NCBI GenBank assembly: GCA_030390025.1
Contig: CM059438.1
Coordinates: forward strand, 65,474,001 to 65,538,000
Origin: Squalus acanthias
Lineage: Eukaryota
Direction of reading: 5' to 3'
Length of the DNA stretch: 64,000 nt
Below, one piece after another: positions 37,501 through 50,975 of the stretch. The notes beneath the pieces are model-generated. The model did not search any database. It was not told where the DNA came from and worked only from the letters and a program-made list of their open reading frames with translations. The number at the start of each line of letters is the position of its first letter. The first letter of the stretch is position 1. Made by a program: the position numbers and the translations under genes.

Positions 37501-40500
37501 GCTAGTGCGTGAACTGGAAGGACTTAGAAAACAAGGGAAAATATGAGGACTGTGTAAAATTATTTTCCTTTTTTTTTCCACTGCCAATTTATCTTCTCTC
37601 CTCCATTTCTTGATTCCTTTGCTGAGATATGGTTCAGTGGCTTCCAGTATCTCACCCAAGTGGCCACAATTCATGTGTGAACATTGACGGTGAATTGTCA
37701 GCAGAGTATTCAATCTGGGGGAAGGGGAGGACCGTCCCAACCCTTTCCTCGCCCAGCATCCACACATTTTGTGTTCACTTCCAGCAAGGGGTGGGGTGCA
37801 CTGGATGGCAATCAACAGTGGGCAATCTGGCTAACGGCCACCGAGAGCATTCTGATTACCACCTGGTTGATCTCAGCTACATCAGCACAGGCTGGGGATT
37901 GAATCCGAGGCCTCCTATTCTGTATGGCTCATATAATCACTAGGTTAATCCTGTTGAGTCATACAGGGAGTCTTGTAAATACATTTTCTGTCAGAAATGC
38001 CAAAATCTGCTTTCAAGTTGCCAAGCATAAGTCTTTGTGGCTTGGTAGTTTTATTGATTGATCAGTGGTAGCACTCTTGTCTCTGTGTCAGAAGGTTGTG
38101 GGTTCAAGTCCCAGTTCGGCGAGTTGAGCACAAAACCTAAGCTGACACTCCAGTGCACTACTGAGGGAGTGCTGCACTGTCGGATGTGCCGTCTTTTGGT
38201 TGAGACATTGAAAAGGTGCAATATAAATGCAAGTTTTTTTTTTATACATCAAGTTATGTACTCTGTTCACTTTCCCTGCTGGCAATGGGACCAACACAAA
38301 TGATGGACTCATACCATTTGCACTTTTACTCCTTCAATTAAACATTTAAAAATAAATATTCCAAAAACAACAATTGAGCTGAAAATTAACAGAACACGTA
38401 TAAGTGGGTTTTCACAGGTGAATCTCTGACAATTGGGCCTATGGTGTTAAATTAAGGGCTGAATGCTCCTGTTTTGCAAATCTTGTTTGAGATGCTTCTG
38501 GAATATTGTTCAGGCATGCTGGTGTGACATTAGCCCACCAGCATGATGTTTCCCATTAACTGAAAATACAGTGATTAGATTTTAACTGTAGCCACGAGCT
38601 AGCATTAATTACATCGCTTGATTTCATGCTTCAACAAAGAGTTTGGTACTGTCACATTGCAAAGGATTAAAATCCCTATCAGTGTGACATACTGCTGAGA
38701 GTGAGTGGATCAATCGGAGTGTTTGATTCAATCTGATCTGTCCCCTGCATTGAACCCTGCGCCAGAATCAAACTGCTGCAATTATCTGTTCTATTCAAGA
38801 TGAAATTTTGTTTTTATTTCAAATATGACTCACAGAAGGTCTCAGTTTGGGTTAAATAATTGGATGGCTTGATTCCTGTTTTGGAGCGTGTCATAAAAAT
38901 ATAATACACATTCCTATCCACTCTCTTCAATCTCACTGTTTTGAAATCGGGACTCACTGCACTTTCTTTTACTCAAACTCATTCTTTCCCAGGATCTCAA
39001 AATTGTGGGAATTCTTACCTCCCTCAGTCTTTCTTTTCTTCAACTATCTTCAAGCTTTTAAACCAAGCTTGGTATCATCTGATCACTACCTTCCTGTTCA
39101 CCTCCTCTTCTGTTTTACTCTTTTCAATCGTGGTAGTGTCGGCGTTCACCTTGGTTTGGTTTTTGGTGTCTTTTATGTATCATCATGATAATTCCTGTTG
39201 AACTTGTTAACATACAATGCAGCTCCTCAACAACTGTGGCTCAGTGGTAGCAGTCTCGCCTCTTAATAACACATAAACAGATAGGGAAATCACTAGTCAA
39301 CAAATAACATGTTTTTTTGCTAAATGAGGGAATTAAAACCAGTCATTTCCTGCTGGTTTCTTCTGGCCTCTCCCAAAGGTAAAGAGCCAGAGATTTACAA
39401 GCAGCTGCCAATCTAGAGCATCAGGAGACCAATGAACAGTCTCAGCTGAAGAGGTCAGATTGCTGCTTAATGACGTTTTCTTTAAACAGATAAACTTAAC
39501 CTTAGCAACAGCAATTAGACTCGAACATGCCCATTTACAGCACTTCATAAATAAAGGGTAAAATAGATTTCAACTCCAGCTTAACTAGATTTTGTATATT
39601 TTAAGGACAAGCCAAATTAAACATAGCTCCACATGAGCAGCACTTGTGCTTTCCTCAGAGCAGCCCCTTGACATCTGTGAGGCAAAGGCTATGAAGACAT
39701 CAACACACCACCTGATCCTTACATTGTGCATTACTTGGTATCGTGGTGCTGTTATAAAAGAGTCATCGTGAGTGCTTTGCTAGTAATGTAAAAGTAAAGT
39801 TATGGCTAACCATTTCTTTCTCATGGCCATCCAGCACCAGTACTATGTGCAAAGAGCTCATGAATTTCTTTCCCACTAAGATTGAGATCATGGGATAGAT
39901 TTTCATCTTCGCTGCCTGTCTGGTGGAGCAGGTCACCCGTCTTTTATAGAACCCACCCGATTTTCATACCATGAAGGGCAGACAATCCACTCAACAGATT
40001 ACTACTCTAGCGATGACTATGAAAATCTACCTCGTCTCTGCCACTATCTTCCCTTCCTTACCCACTAATCATCTCATTTTAACTCCAATCCTCAGTCATG
40101 AAGCAGTTCTTCTTCCATCTCTCTCTGCACTCTATAAGCCATCATCTCCCGAGAGCAATTTCCTGACCTGTCAGTTCTCCCCCCACTCAACCTCTGACCC
40201 CTCCTGACCTCCATGCTAGCCGACATTGTTCTTGACTCTCTTTGCTCAAGTACAGTCCCTTTTTCTTTTTAAAAACTGCCATCATCACCCCCTCCTCTTC
40301 GATCCAGCTGTCCTCTCCAACTTCTACCTTATCTTTATGCTCCCTTTCTTCTCCAAGATCCTCAAATGCATTGTAGAACCATAGATGTTTGCAGTACAAA
40401 AGGAGGCCATTCAGCCCATAATGTCTGGGCCAGCTCTTTGTTATAGCAAACCAAAACTAATCCCACTGTCTCCATAGCCCCGTATCTTCCTCTGCTTCAA

Positions 40501-43184
40501 ATATTTATTGAATTTTCCCTTAAAAGATCCAATGGTGTATCCTTAATCAGTCCACGTGGCAAAGTGGTATGCACTAACAATTCTCTGCATGAAAATTTCT
40601 CCCAAACTCTCTCCTCACTCTCTTGGTGGCAATTTTAAATTGATGACCCCTCATCATCAACTCCCCGACCAGAGAATATAGACTTACCCTACTCACTTGA
40701 TCAAAATCCTTCATAATTTAAAACATGTCTATTAAATCCTTTTTAACCACCTCTGCTCCAGTGGAAATAGTCGTAGTATCTCAGGTTTCTTGTCATAACT
40801 ACGGTTTCCCATCCCTGGCATTATCTTGATGAAGCTACGCTGTATGACCTCTGTGGCCTTAATGTCCTTTCTCTAATTGAGCACACAAAACAGCCCACAG
40901 TACTTCTTTACTCTTCTACTCTATACCATTATTTATAAAACCAAATATGCTGTTGGCCTTCTCTATGGCTTTATCTACCTGCAGTCACACTTCCAGGAAA
41001 TAATGTTATTTGAACCACAAGATCTCTCTCTTCATCCACACCCTTCAGCATTTTTCCATTGAGTGAACACTTCTATTCCTTGTTTTTCCTCCCACACTGG
41101 TAGGATGATCCTTGTATTTCTGGTGGCAGCCCAGCGCATTATCCACTCCTTATTTAAGATCTCCACCATACCTTCACCCTCCGCAATTAGAATCTCTCCA
41201 TCATCCCTGAACAGTCCTACCCTATCTTTAACCAATCCTTAACTTTTTATATGGTTATATAATCCCTTACTATTTCTTTTTATATTAGCTGCTAGACTTT
41301 TCTTCATATTCCCTTTTAGTCCTTACAATCTCCCTATTCATCTCTCCACTACACTTTCCATACTCATGATTTTCTTTAGTATTGTTTGCCTAAACTTTAT
41401 CATATCATATGCCTCCCTTTTAAGTTTCAGTTTAGTTTTAATATCCCCATTTATTCACCGAACTCTATTCTTCGATGCACCTTCATTTTGCCATATAGGA
41501 AAATATTTATTTTTTACTCTATCCATCTTCTATTTGAAGAATTTCCACTGCTGCTGAGGCCACCCAACTCCTGAAACTTCCTGTTTGAATCCCTTAAATC
41601 CGAACCTCTGCCCTGGCTAAAGTCAAGAATGACATTGTCCCATCCTCTGTGACTTATCGCCCTTGTTCTCTTCAACCTCTCCAGACGGTGATACAATTGA
41701 CCATGAATGTTCCTCCGTTACCTCGCCTCCATTGCCAGCTCCATGGGACTGCCGTCGCATGGTTCCATTCTTTCTTGTTTGGATACAGCTGGCACGTCCC
41801 TTACAATGGTTTCACTTCCCCTGCAAAATCACCAAGGATCTGTCCTTGGCTCACTCCTCTTCTTCATCAACATGCTACCCCTCGGTAACATCATCCAGAG
41901 GCACAGGGCCAACTTCCACACCTATGCTGATGACCCCCCCGCTCTACCTCTCCACCACTTCCCTTGACCCAATCACCATCTCTGTGCTGAGAAACTGCCT
42001 GTCTGCTATCAAATCATGGAGTAAGTCAAAATACCCTCCAGCTGAACATCGAGGAAATCAAAGCTATCAATTTTGGCCCCACACCAATTACTCTATTCCC
42101 TTTCCATTGACTCTACCCCAGCTCCCTAAAAAGACTTGCATTTCTATAGCGCCTTTCACGACCACCGGACATCTCAAAGCGCTTTACAGCCTATGAAGTA
42201 CTTTTGGAATGGAGTCACTGTCGTAATGTGGGAAACGCGGCAGCCAATTTGCGCACAGCAAGGTCCCACAAACAGCAATGCGATAATGACCAGATAATCT
42301 GTTTTTGTTATGTTGGTTGAGGGATAAATATTGACTAGGACACCGGGGATAACTCCCCAGCTCTTCTTCGAAATAGTGCCTTGGGATCTTTTATGTCCAC
42401 CTGAGAGAGCAGACGGGGCCTCGGTTTAACGTCTCATCTGAAAGATGGCACCTCTGATAGTGCAGCACTCCCTCAGCACTGCACTGGAATATCAGCCTAG
42501 CTTTATGTGCTCAAGTCCCTGGAGTGGGTACCTGAACCCACAACCTTCTGACTCAGAGGCGAGTGTGCTACCAACTGAGCCACAGCTGAGTCCTAATAAC
42601 CCACTAAAACTGAACCAGATTGTTCAAAATGCTGGCATCCTGTTCAACCCAGAGCAGACCTTGCAACCCCACATCCTGTGTATTACTGAGACTGCTTACT
42701 ACCACCACCACCACAACATTACCTGTCTCTGCCACTAACTAATCGCCACAGTCGCTGAATCCCTTATCCATGCTTTTATCATATCTAGGTTTGATTTCTA
42801 CAGTGTACTCCTGGCTGTTTTCCCATCCTCTACTGTCCATCGACTGCCTATCACCCCTGTCCTCACTGACCTACACTGGCTCCTTGTCCCTTAGTGCATT
42901 TAAACTTCTTCTCATTTTCAAATGTACCCATAGCCTTGCGCACCCTATCTCTACAATTTCCTACAGCCTTACATCCTCTTCCATGCCCTTTAATCCTCTG
43001 TCTCTCATCCCCCCGTCCCCAGCTCTCAGCCTCTCCACTTCTCTGCGCACTTAAAAAAACTTCTCTCAACTTTTGGTCTCCTCACTCTCGTCCAATGGCT
43101 TGACATCTGTTCTTTTACTTTATTTACTTGTCTTCTTTCCTCTTCTGTCAAGTGCCTACATTAAAAGGGCTGTATAAAGATAAA

Positions 43185-43881
43185 GGCCAAGAAATTCAGT
43201 CGCGTCCTTTATTGGGCGCCTTACCCGTAGAGTGTTAACAGCCTCAAATGGGGAAGTCCAAGGAGCACAGGAATTTGGGCCTCGGACCTCATTATCATGT
43301 AGATGGCGCAGCGGTAGGAACCCGCACAGGTCAGTGCGCCAATTTTCAGCTAAGTGATTGGGTAAGATCGTGGGGGTCTAGAAGAGGAACGGCTGGGCCT
43401 CGGACTGCAATCGGATGGCTGTGGGGAAAAAGATCGCGGCGGTCTGGATTATTGTTGGTGGGTTGGGAGTGCTATTGGTGCCGGGTTTAGAAAGTCGGAT
43501 GGAGGAGGGGGGAGGCGGTGCCTGGAGGTCAGAGTTGGGAGTAAGGTCAAAGATCTCGGGACCGAGAGCGGCGGTGATTATGGTAAGCAATTACCTTTTT
43601 TTAAACTCCGTGTTGGTTTTCCTGGAGGAAATCAGCACTGGTGCTGACTGCCTCAGGCGCAAATCAAAGTTAGAAGAGGGAGCAGAAGCAGGTGTTAGGC
43701 CCCTTATTTGCATATGTTAATAGAGTAGCACCTGCCTCAGATGCGGGTAAAGACGCCTCTTGTTTGTCCATTACTAAGATGGCGTCCGGTGCGGCCCGCA
43801 CCAGAATTGTGCCCATTTTTGGACGCAAAATGACACCCGCAGCACCAGAAAACGGGCGTTTTGGAGCCAAATTTCTAGTCC
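43185..43881. mobile_element. Harbinger-type MITE
   Basis: Termini ggccaagaaatt / aatttctagtcc; CpG-rich interior. Confidence 0.65.
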
Positions 43882-44329
43882 TTTAATTGTTGCAATGGCC
43901 TTTGTGTTGTAATTTAGACTCAAGTTACATGTTGCTGATTACATAGCAACAACAACTGGAGTTTATTTTTCTTCATGTTCATTTTCCTCTTTGTCCTTTT
44001 TGAGAGTAAAGGGTTAAGTTTCCGTGGGACGGCGGGGTGTGTTCACCCAATCGTCCGGCATAACTTCAGCAAAAGATCGGTGGAAACTCCAGAGAAATGA
44101 TTACATTTCTTACCCAGCTAAATTTAAAAGCAGATTAAATGCTCTGAAGTGTTTGTTATGTAAACAAAGGCAATGATTTATTAACACTTGGCAAATATGT
44201 TTAGAAAGGTGCGTCCAAAGATTTTTGAAATGTTAGGGCAACAAGTTTCAATGAGGGCATTAAAGTTACAATTAGTGTGGTTAAGTGGGAATCAACACTT
44301 TGCAGTCTAGTTGTCTCCTGAAACAATAT

Positions 44330-45195
44330 GGCTGCGATTTTGCAAACGGATGAGGCTTGGGAGCGGGTCAGCTGGTTTCCGGGTTCCAGTCCCGCCCGCA
44401 ACTGCATCCGGCCCACGGACATGATTTTACATTGCTTGACCTTGTTCAGCCCGCCCTGTGGGCTTGCCGGCCAATTAAGAGGAAGCTGGTCATTTGATGA
44501 TGTGTCATCTGCCGGTTTTCTTAAAGGGACCACGCACAATTTTTCTTTGACAGCTCATTTCTCAGTGTTTGACAGCATTGAGGTGCTGCAAACACTGACA
44601 ATCGCTGTACAAAGGTGAACTCTTGCACCCAGGCTCTCCAATGACTCCCTCCATAGGCTAGAACAGATGGCAGCTGCACGTGAGGTTACAGAAGCGATCT
44701 GTCACTGGTGAGAGAGGTTCTCCCAATGAAGTGGGACTGGACAGCCAATTCAAAACTTGTTACCTAAAGAAATGTGTAAATGCATTAAAAATAATTTTCC
44801 CAACATTTTCTTACCTCTGAAACTCACCAGTGCACCATTGGATCCTTCACACCACTTCTGCAGCTGTCATCAATGCAGAAACATTACAGCAGACTCACAA
44901 CACGCCACACTTACCTGGCGTGGTGTCCGGACGTCGGGAACCCCGAGGCAGAAGCGGCAAAATTGAAAAAGAGCCTGTTAACAAGTATCAAGTACCTGTT
45001 AACAGGCAGGTAAGTGGCTATAATCCTCTTCCCGCCGCTAGGTGTCGGGTACATGCACAAATCGGGGACCCGAAACTCGGGAAGATTGATTGGAGGCGGG
45101 TTGACAGTGGGTTTCCTACCCGCTGTCAATCTTTGCGATTTTGACCGCGGTCCCGCCTCTAATCCCGCACTCTGAGCACCGGCAAAATTCCGGCC
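44330..45195 (+). mobile_element. Harbinger-type non-autonomous element
   Basis: TIR ggctgcgattttgc / gcaaaattccggcc, TSD TAT; contains the start of the Myb-like ORF remnant (gcacccaggctctccaatgactccctccat). Confidence 0.85.
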
Positions 45196-46581
45196 TATGT
45201 GATAGTTTAGGAGGCTTGTAGAAGCTTTTTAACCGACCGCAGAGTGGAATGTTCAGTGACCTTGCACCTGAACGGACCTATGCAGAGAAGAATTAAAGAC
45301 AGAAATATTTCTGCACAATTGTGCTGTCATTCTTTTGTTGTATGAAAGCGAAAGCAGCATATTTGCATTGAAGAGTATTTTGCTCCAAGTAAAGTACATT
45401 GGAGTGCTTTTTAAAAAAAAGAGTAGCTGTGGGTACAATTGACTATTCCTGTTAAAAGTGGGAACGGGAGCGACAGCACACATTCTTGTGGAGCTGTGCT
45501 CAAAATAAGTTCCCAGAAAAGGCAGGAACTCTCAAAATGCAGAGCCATCAGGGAGAACCCAGTTGCTGCAGTACAAAAAAAATTCAATATGGTTTTCAGC
45601 ATCTTTATTTGGTTTGCATTAAACTCAAAATAAAGATTTCAAGTTTGCAACACCAGAGGCCTTCGTTGGCACACTGGCATCAGTTGTTTAGGAAATGGAT
45701 TTGGTGGGGGCGGGGGTGCGAGGCAGAGGTCAGATCTGCCTGAAACTGGGACGTGCCCTCCAGTTCCACTTTATAGTTCAGTGGTTTGAAGATGTCAGGA
45801 TTAATCTTGGCAGGGTTTCATTAGTGGGGAAGCAGGCAGTGAAAGGAGCGATGAATCGACCTTCGTCGACTTTTGGCCTTTAGTTTACCCTAAATTCAGA
45901 TTTTTTTTAAATCAAGAGAAATGAACTGTGAGCAAATCGTTGCTTTCTCAACGGAATGCTTGCAGTCAGAAAACAGTGAATTTAATTGGGTTTAATCAGC
46001 AAAGCGATTGTGGGAGGAACACATAAAATACTTCAAATAATAATTGGTGGCAGCAGCCTTCGCAAAGTAGAACTCTACAAAGTGTTGAGTTATACTATCA
46101 GTTGCATCCTCTGTGCCTCCTCAAGTGTCATCTTGCCTCAGTTGGTTGCACTTTTGCTTCTAACCCAGAAGGTTGTGGGTTCAAGCCCAACTCCAGGATT
46201 TAAGAATATAATCTAGGCTGAGACTTAAGTACAGTACTGAGAGAGAGAGATGCATGGTTGGAGGTACTGTCTTTCAAATGAGCTATTTAACCGAGGCTCC
46301 ACCTGTCTGTTCTGGGCGATGTAAAAATCCCATGAAACTATCTGAAGCAGAACAAGGAGTACTCTCAGTGTAGTCCATCAACCAACACTGCCAACAAAAA
46401 GATTAGCTGGCCATTCGTCTTAGCTGCTGCTTGTGGGACTTTACAATGTGCAATTAGCTACCACAGAACTAATAGTGACTGCAATTTAAAAGTAATTCAT
46501 TAGTTGTGAAGCACTTTGTGATATCCCGAGGATGTGATAAGGTGCTATATAAATACAACTTCTTTATTTTCTCACCCATAG

Positions 46582-46771
46582 AATAACATTCGGCCATCTG
46601 TAAATGAGACATGCGACTGAAAGTGAGCTCTGTGTCATTATGGTGACAAGATAAATTGCTCGCTTTGCCAAACAGAGAAAACAACTGTGCCACATCAGAA
46701 CTGCAATACGACATCACTGACATTGTGACACAACCTGGCACTCCACACAAACAAGGGTTCTAGAATGGCAG
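46582..46771 (+). pseudogene. Exon with three in-frame TGA
   Basis: ttttctcacccatag|46582 ... gca g|gtgagt; NNIRPSVNETCD*K*ALCHYGDKINCSLCQTEKTTVPHQNCNTTSLTL*HNLALHTNKGSRMA. Confidence 0.55.
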
Positions 46772-47017
46772 GTGAGTTGTGATGTTTGAAGATCGTAAAA
46801 TTTTGGTTTATGGACCTCCCTCATGCCCCTGAGAGGAAAGAAGCCTCTGTTTATCACAATTCATCAGTATTTATGAAACAAATTAGACATGATGAAACAT
46901 TTGGAACCAGGTGTACAGTTTCCTTATTGGTTCGATTTTGAGAAGGTGGTGAGAAAAGTGAGGGTGCCGACTGAGATCACCTGTTCTTTTTGATATATTG
47001 ATCTATTTCCACAACAG

Positions 47018-47069
47018 ACTCAAGGAAATGACTCTGGGAAGAGGAATTTGAAAGGAAACATAAAGAACC
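47018..47069 (+). pseudogene. Short exon with one TGA
   Basis: tctatttccacaacag|47018 ... cc|gtaagg; DSRK*LWEEEFERKHKEP; phase 1 to 2. Confidence 0.6.
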
Positions 47070-47294
47070 GTAAGGTCTTTTAGAATTGACACAAATCAAA
47101 ACACCTCACAGATCCTACCTGACACCAAGGATGTCTCAAGAGGGTAGGTATTCTGAACAGGGGTAGATAAAAAAGAAATGCAGAGCGAACGATATTCATA
47201 AGCTGTTAATATTCCCTATCCTCCAATGTTGCAGAAAGTAATAGTCGATTCTTGGCAAATAAACTTAAAATAATTACATTGGATATTCTTCCAG

Positions 47295-47349
47295 AAATGT
47301 AGCATCAGACAGATGGGATCCACAAAAAAACATTATTTGATACCACAAG
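47295..47349 (+). pseudogene. Short candidate exon
   Basis: tattcttccag|47295 ... aag|gtgtat (alternative donor gtaact at 47376); NVASDRWDPQKNII*YHK. Confidence 0.45.
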
Positions 47350-48224
47350 GTGTATTACATAGTGCTGTCGAGCTGGTAACTAAATTAAGCACCATCTCTG
47401 TAAACAAAGATAAATAGATATGGCAAGAGAGGGAGACCGTTGTACAATATATAAAGTTAATTGCAAGCGTGTTAGAGGACATGGAGCCTGATCTGGTTGG
47501 GGGTTAACTCAGATAGGCTGGTCATCAAGAGGACATACAAGGGCGAGAGACATAAAGGTTTAGTCAGAGTTTCAGGAAGTGGCAGCGGTGGGGGAGGGAT
47601 GTGCAGTTGGGTGGGGGATGTTCGAGAAATGTTAAAGACCGAAGGCTTTTACTGATGAATGGAAAATCTAAACTTAAGGGGAGAATGAATTGGCACAAGA
47701 ATGTCTACATTGAACTGTGGTGAGTTAGGAGACTGGTGCTGTAGCTTTAGTCGCAAATGAAATTACTTCTTGCTTGTAATTTTTAAAAAAACCTGAAAAT
47801 GCTGGCAATCTGAAATAAACCAGAATGTAGTGGAATGTCACATCAACCAGGTCTGTTAGCAACCAAAAGGAGAAAACACAGGTTAACATTTTGAGTGTGC
47901 GCCCTTTCTTAGAACATTTCAGACAAAGGTATTACAACTAAACTGTTAACCTGCCTTTTCTCTTTACAGATGCTGATAGACCTGCTGTGTATTAATAGCA
48001 TCTTTCATTTTTACTTCTCTTTATTTTTAGCACTAATTTTATATTTTCTGGTGTGTATCAGTCGATGAGATCCTCACTGCTCGGTAGATCTTTGAGCGTA
48101 GATCTTCCTGCTTAAAACCTATCTCTTTGACCAAGCTTTTTGTCACCTGTCCCAGTGTCTCCTTCTTTGGCTCGGTGTCAATTTTGATCTCATTCTGCTC
48201 TTGTGAAGGGCCTTGGGCCGTCAT

Positions 48225-48747
48225 GGGCTTAATCTTGACAGGGGCGGTTTGCGTAGGTGGGCGGTTGGGTGCGGAGGAGGGAGTTTGGGTTTCCCCGCAT
48301 GCTGTGGAATTTTGACTCCACAGTGTGTGGAGTTTTGCTTTGACAGGAGTCAGCCTGATTGACATTTTTGCCGTCCAGTCAGGCGGGGAGCACACCGGAG
48401 GAGGCCGCAGCCACAGGTAAGTTGCCTGCTAGTGGGAGTGTGGGGGCGGGGTCCGATGGGGGCTGGAGCTTGGAGGTCCGGGGGGAAGCACTTGCCTTCT
48501 CTCTGAAGCTGTCCTCACCTCCTTTCAGCTCCCGGGTTTCCCGAGGCCTGGGAAACCCGGCTGGCCAGGGTTGAAGCTGCAAAGCAGGTTAAATCAGAGG
48601 CTGCCAGCCTCATTAAAATATTGAACTGGCCAACTCACCTCCTGGGAGCGGGTTGGCGGCAGGTTGGTGCTGGGTTTGAGATTTTTAAAGTTTTAACGTC
48701 TCACCCGACCCCAATGCACCCGTTTTGGGGGGGTTAAGATTCAGCCC
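48225..48747. mobile_element. Harbinger-type MITE inserted in an L2 3' end
   Basis: TIR gggcttaatctt / aagattcagccc, TSD CAT. Confidence 0.8.
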
Positions 48748-49272
48748 CATGTCTTTACTACGTTAAAGGCACTATGTAAATGCAAGTTGTTGTTGTTGAT
48801 TTGACGGCAGTAAAAGCAGCCATTGGCCGGGTGGTGGGGTGGGGGAGGGGGTGGCGGGTGCGCGGTTACCGTTTTTGCATTTGCCAATCTACCTTTATCA
48901 GCCAGTGACATTTATTTTAACAGTCAGGAAAATCAGGGCCGGTGCCGAAAGATGTGGAAATCCCCTGTGACATAGTGAAAGATGTCACTCCATGAGTTGA
49001 TGGAAGTGGCTGAGGGGCGGTCAGCATGGAAACCAATCTCACCGCCATCTTGGTTCATTTTGAAAATGTTAACTTTGAAAAGATTAAAACAAATCATGGC
49101 TTTGCTTTGGGGGCGGGCAGGCGGGGGGGGGGGGGGGGGAAGAAAGTCCCTTTTCAGCTCTCTTGAAGGTTAGTTTAAGAAGCTTGTGAAGGGGACTAGC
49201 AAAGGTGGTTTGTCTACCTGCCAGCTTGCTGTGATTTTGCTGAAGTCTGCAATGTTTTCACTTGTGCTTTAG

Positions 49273-49497
49273 TTGTCCTGTGCTGCAGACAATAATCCCT
49301 GGTACTGTGTTTATATTTTAGTCCCTCAACGAAGTCGAACTTTGAAAGGAGAGGTCTGCTTGGTATTGAATGACTTTTTCTCTGGTCAACTTGCTTTCCA
49401 ATTATTGCAGAAATAGGAGCTCTGCTTTTACTGAGCAAAACATGGTTCTGAAAAGCCACTTCACGCAAAGAAAAGACATGAGATTTTGACCATTTAA
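49273..49497 (+). pseudogene. Candidate terminal coding exon
   Basis: ttttcacttgtgctttag|49273; LSCAADNNPWYCVYILVPQRSRTLKGEVCLVLNDFFSGQLAFQLLQK*ELCFY*AKHGSEKPLHAKKRHEILTI* (TAA 49495-49497). Confidence 0.5.
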
Positions 49498-49849
49498 TAC
49501 AGTTTTACGTAGAATTACACATAATTTACAGCACAGAAATAGGCCATTTGGCCCACCTTATTTATGCCGGTGTTTATGCTCCACATGAGCCTCCTTCCAA
49601 CCTACTTCATCTAACCCAATTAGCATATCCTTCTATTCCTTGCTCCATCATGTAGTTATCTAGCTTTACCTCAAATGCATCTATGCTATTCACCTCAAGT
49701 ACTCCATGTGGTAAAATGTTCCACATTCTAACCACTCTCTGGGTAAAGAAGTTTCTCCTGAATTTCTTATTGGATTTCTTATCATTATTTGCAGAAAGTG
49801 TCGTAAGCCTGAGGATTGCTTGGGTTTTAGAAATCAGCAAAGGATGACC

Positions 49850-50975
49850 AAGAAATTGATATAAAGGGAGAAAATATGAGAGTAAACTAGCAAGAAATAT
49901 AAAAACAGTTGTAAGAGCTTCTACAGGTATGTAAAAGGGAAGAGATTAGCGAAAGTAAATGTGGGTCCCTTAGAGGCATAGACAGAAGAAATAATAATGG
50001 GGAATAAAGAAATGGCAGAGATGCTAAACAAATATTTTATATCTGTCTTCACAGTAGAAGACACAAAAAACATAATGGGGAGCCAAGGGTCTAATGAGAG
50101 TGATGAACTTAAAGTCATTCATATTTGTAAAGAAAAAGTATTGGAGAAATTAGTGGGACTAAAAGCCAAAAATTCCCCTGGACCTGAAAGCCTACATCCT
50201 AGGATTTTAAAAGAGGTGGCTGCAGAAATAGTGGATGCATTGGTTTTTATCTTTCAAAATTCCCTACATTCTAGAATGGTCCCCGTGGATTGGAAGGTAG
50301 CAAATGTAACTCTGCTGTTCAAGAATGGAGGGAGAGAGAAAACAGGGAGTTATAGGCAAGCTAGTCTGATAGCAATGGTAGGGAAAATGCAAGAATTTAT
50401 TATTAGGGAAGTGGTAACAGGGCACTCAGACAATCATAATATGATTAGGCAGAATCAACACAGTTTTATGAAAGGGAAACTGTGTTTGAGAAATCTAGTA
50501 GTGTTTTTTGAGGGTGTAACTAGCAGGGTTTTTAAGGGGGAACCAGTGAATGTAGTATATTTGGATTTCAAAAAGGCATTCGATAAAGTGCCATACAAGA
50601 GGTTGTTGCACAAAATTAGCGCTCATGGGATTGGGGCTAATATATTAGCTTGGATAGAGGATCGATTAACGGACAGAAAACAGAGAGTAGGAATCAACGG
50701 GTCATTTTCGGGTTGGCAGGTTGTAACTAGCAGGGTGCCGCAAGGATCAGCGCCTGGGCCTCAGCTATTTATAATCTATATTTATGATTTAGATGAGGGA
50801 CCGACTACAATTTATCCAAGTTTGCTGATGATACACAGCGAGGTGGGAAAGTAAGCTGTGAGGAGGATGCAAAGAGGCTGCAAAGGGATGTAGACAGGTT
50901 AAGTGAGTGGGCAATAAGGTGGCAGATGGAATATAATGTGGGGAAATGTAAAATTATCCACTTTGGTAGGAATTA
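49850..50975 (+). mobile_element. CR1 RT fragment
   Basis: ORF 49997-50854: SPGPESLHPRILKE, DFKKAFDKV, VPQGSAPGP. Confidence 0.92.

Larger units (their letters stand above)
1090..49497 (+). pseudogene. Decayed multi-exon (unprocessed) pseudogene, probably the 3' part of a large gene; product unidentified
   Basis: Non-repetitive segments bounded by AG/GT sites join with compatible phases: 2327-2547, 8116-8350, 14320-14525, 18699-18742, 28924-29001, 33801-33919, 34433-34538/34544, 46582-46771, 47018-47069, 47295-47349, 49273-49497(TAA). Candidates 1090-1295 and 1479-1728 lie upstream. Translations look protein-like but contain stops. Exons were picked by eye, partly for phase fit. Confidence 0.6.

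Noticed and set aside
44908..44925. cacttacctggc resembling the U1 snRNA 5' end
   Set aside because: No further U1 similarity; it is the reverse complement of a splice donor inside a transposon.
46582..46771. Selenoprotein P-like multi-UGA exon (CD*K*...L*H)
   Set aside because: I see no recognisable SELENOP motifs. Sister exons contain TAG/TAA, frameshifts and broken splice sites, and CpG decay explains the TGA codons more simply.
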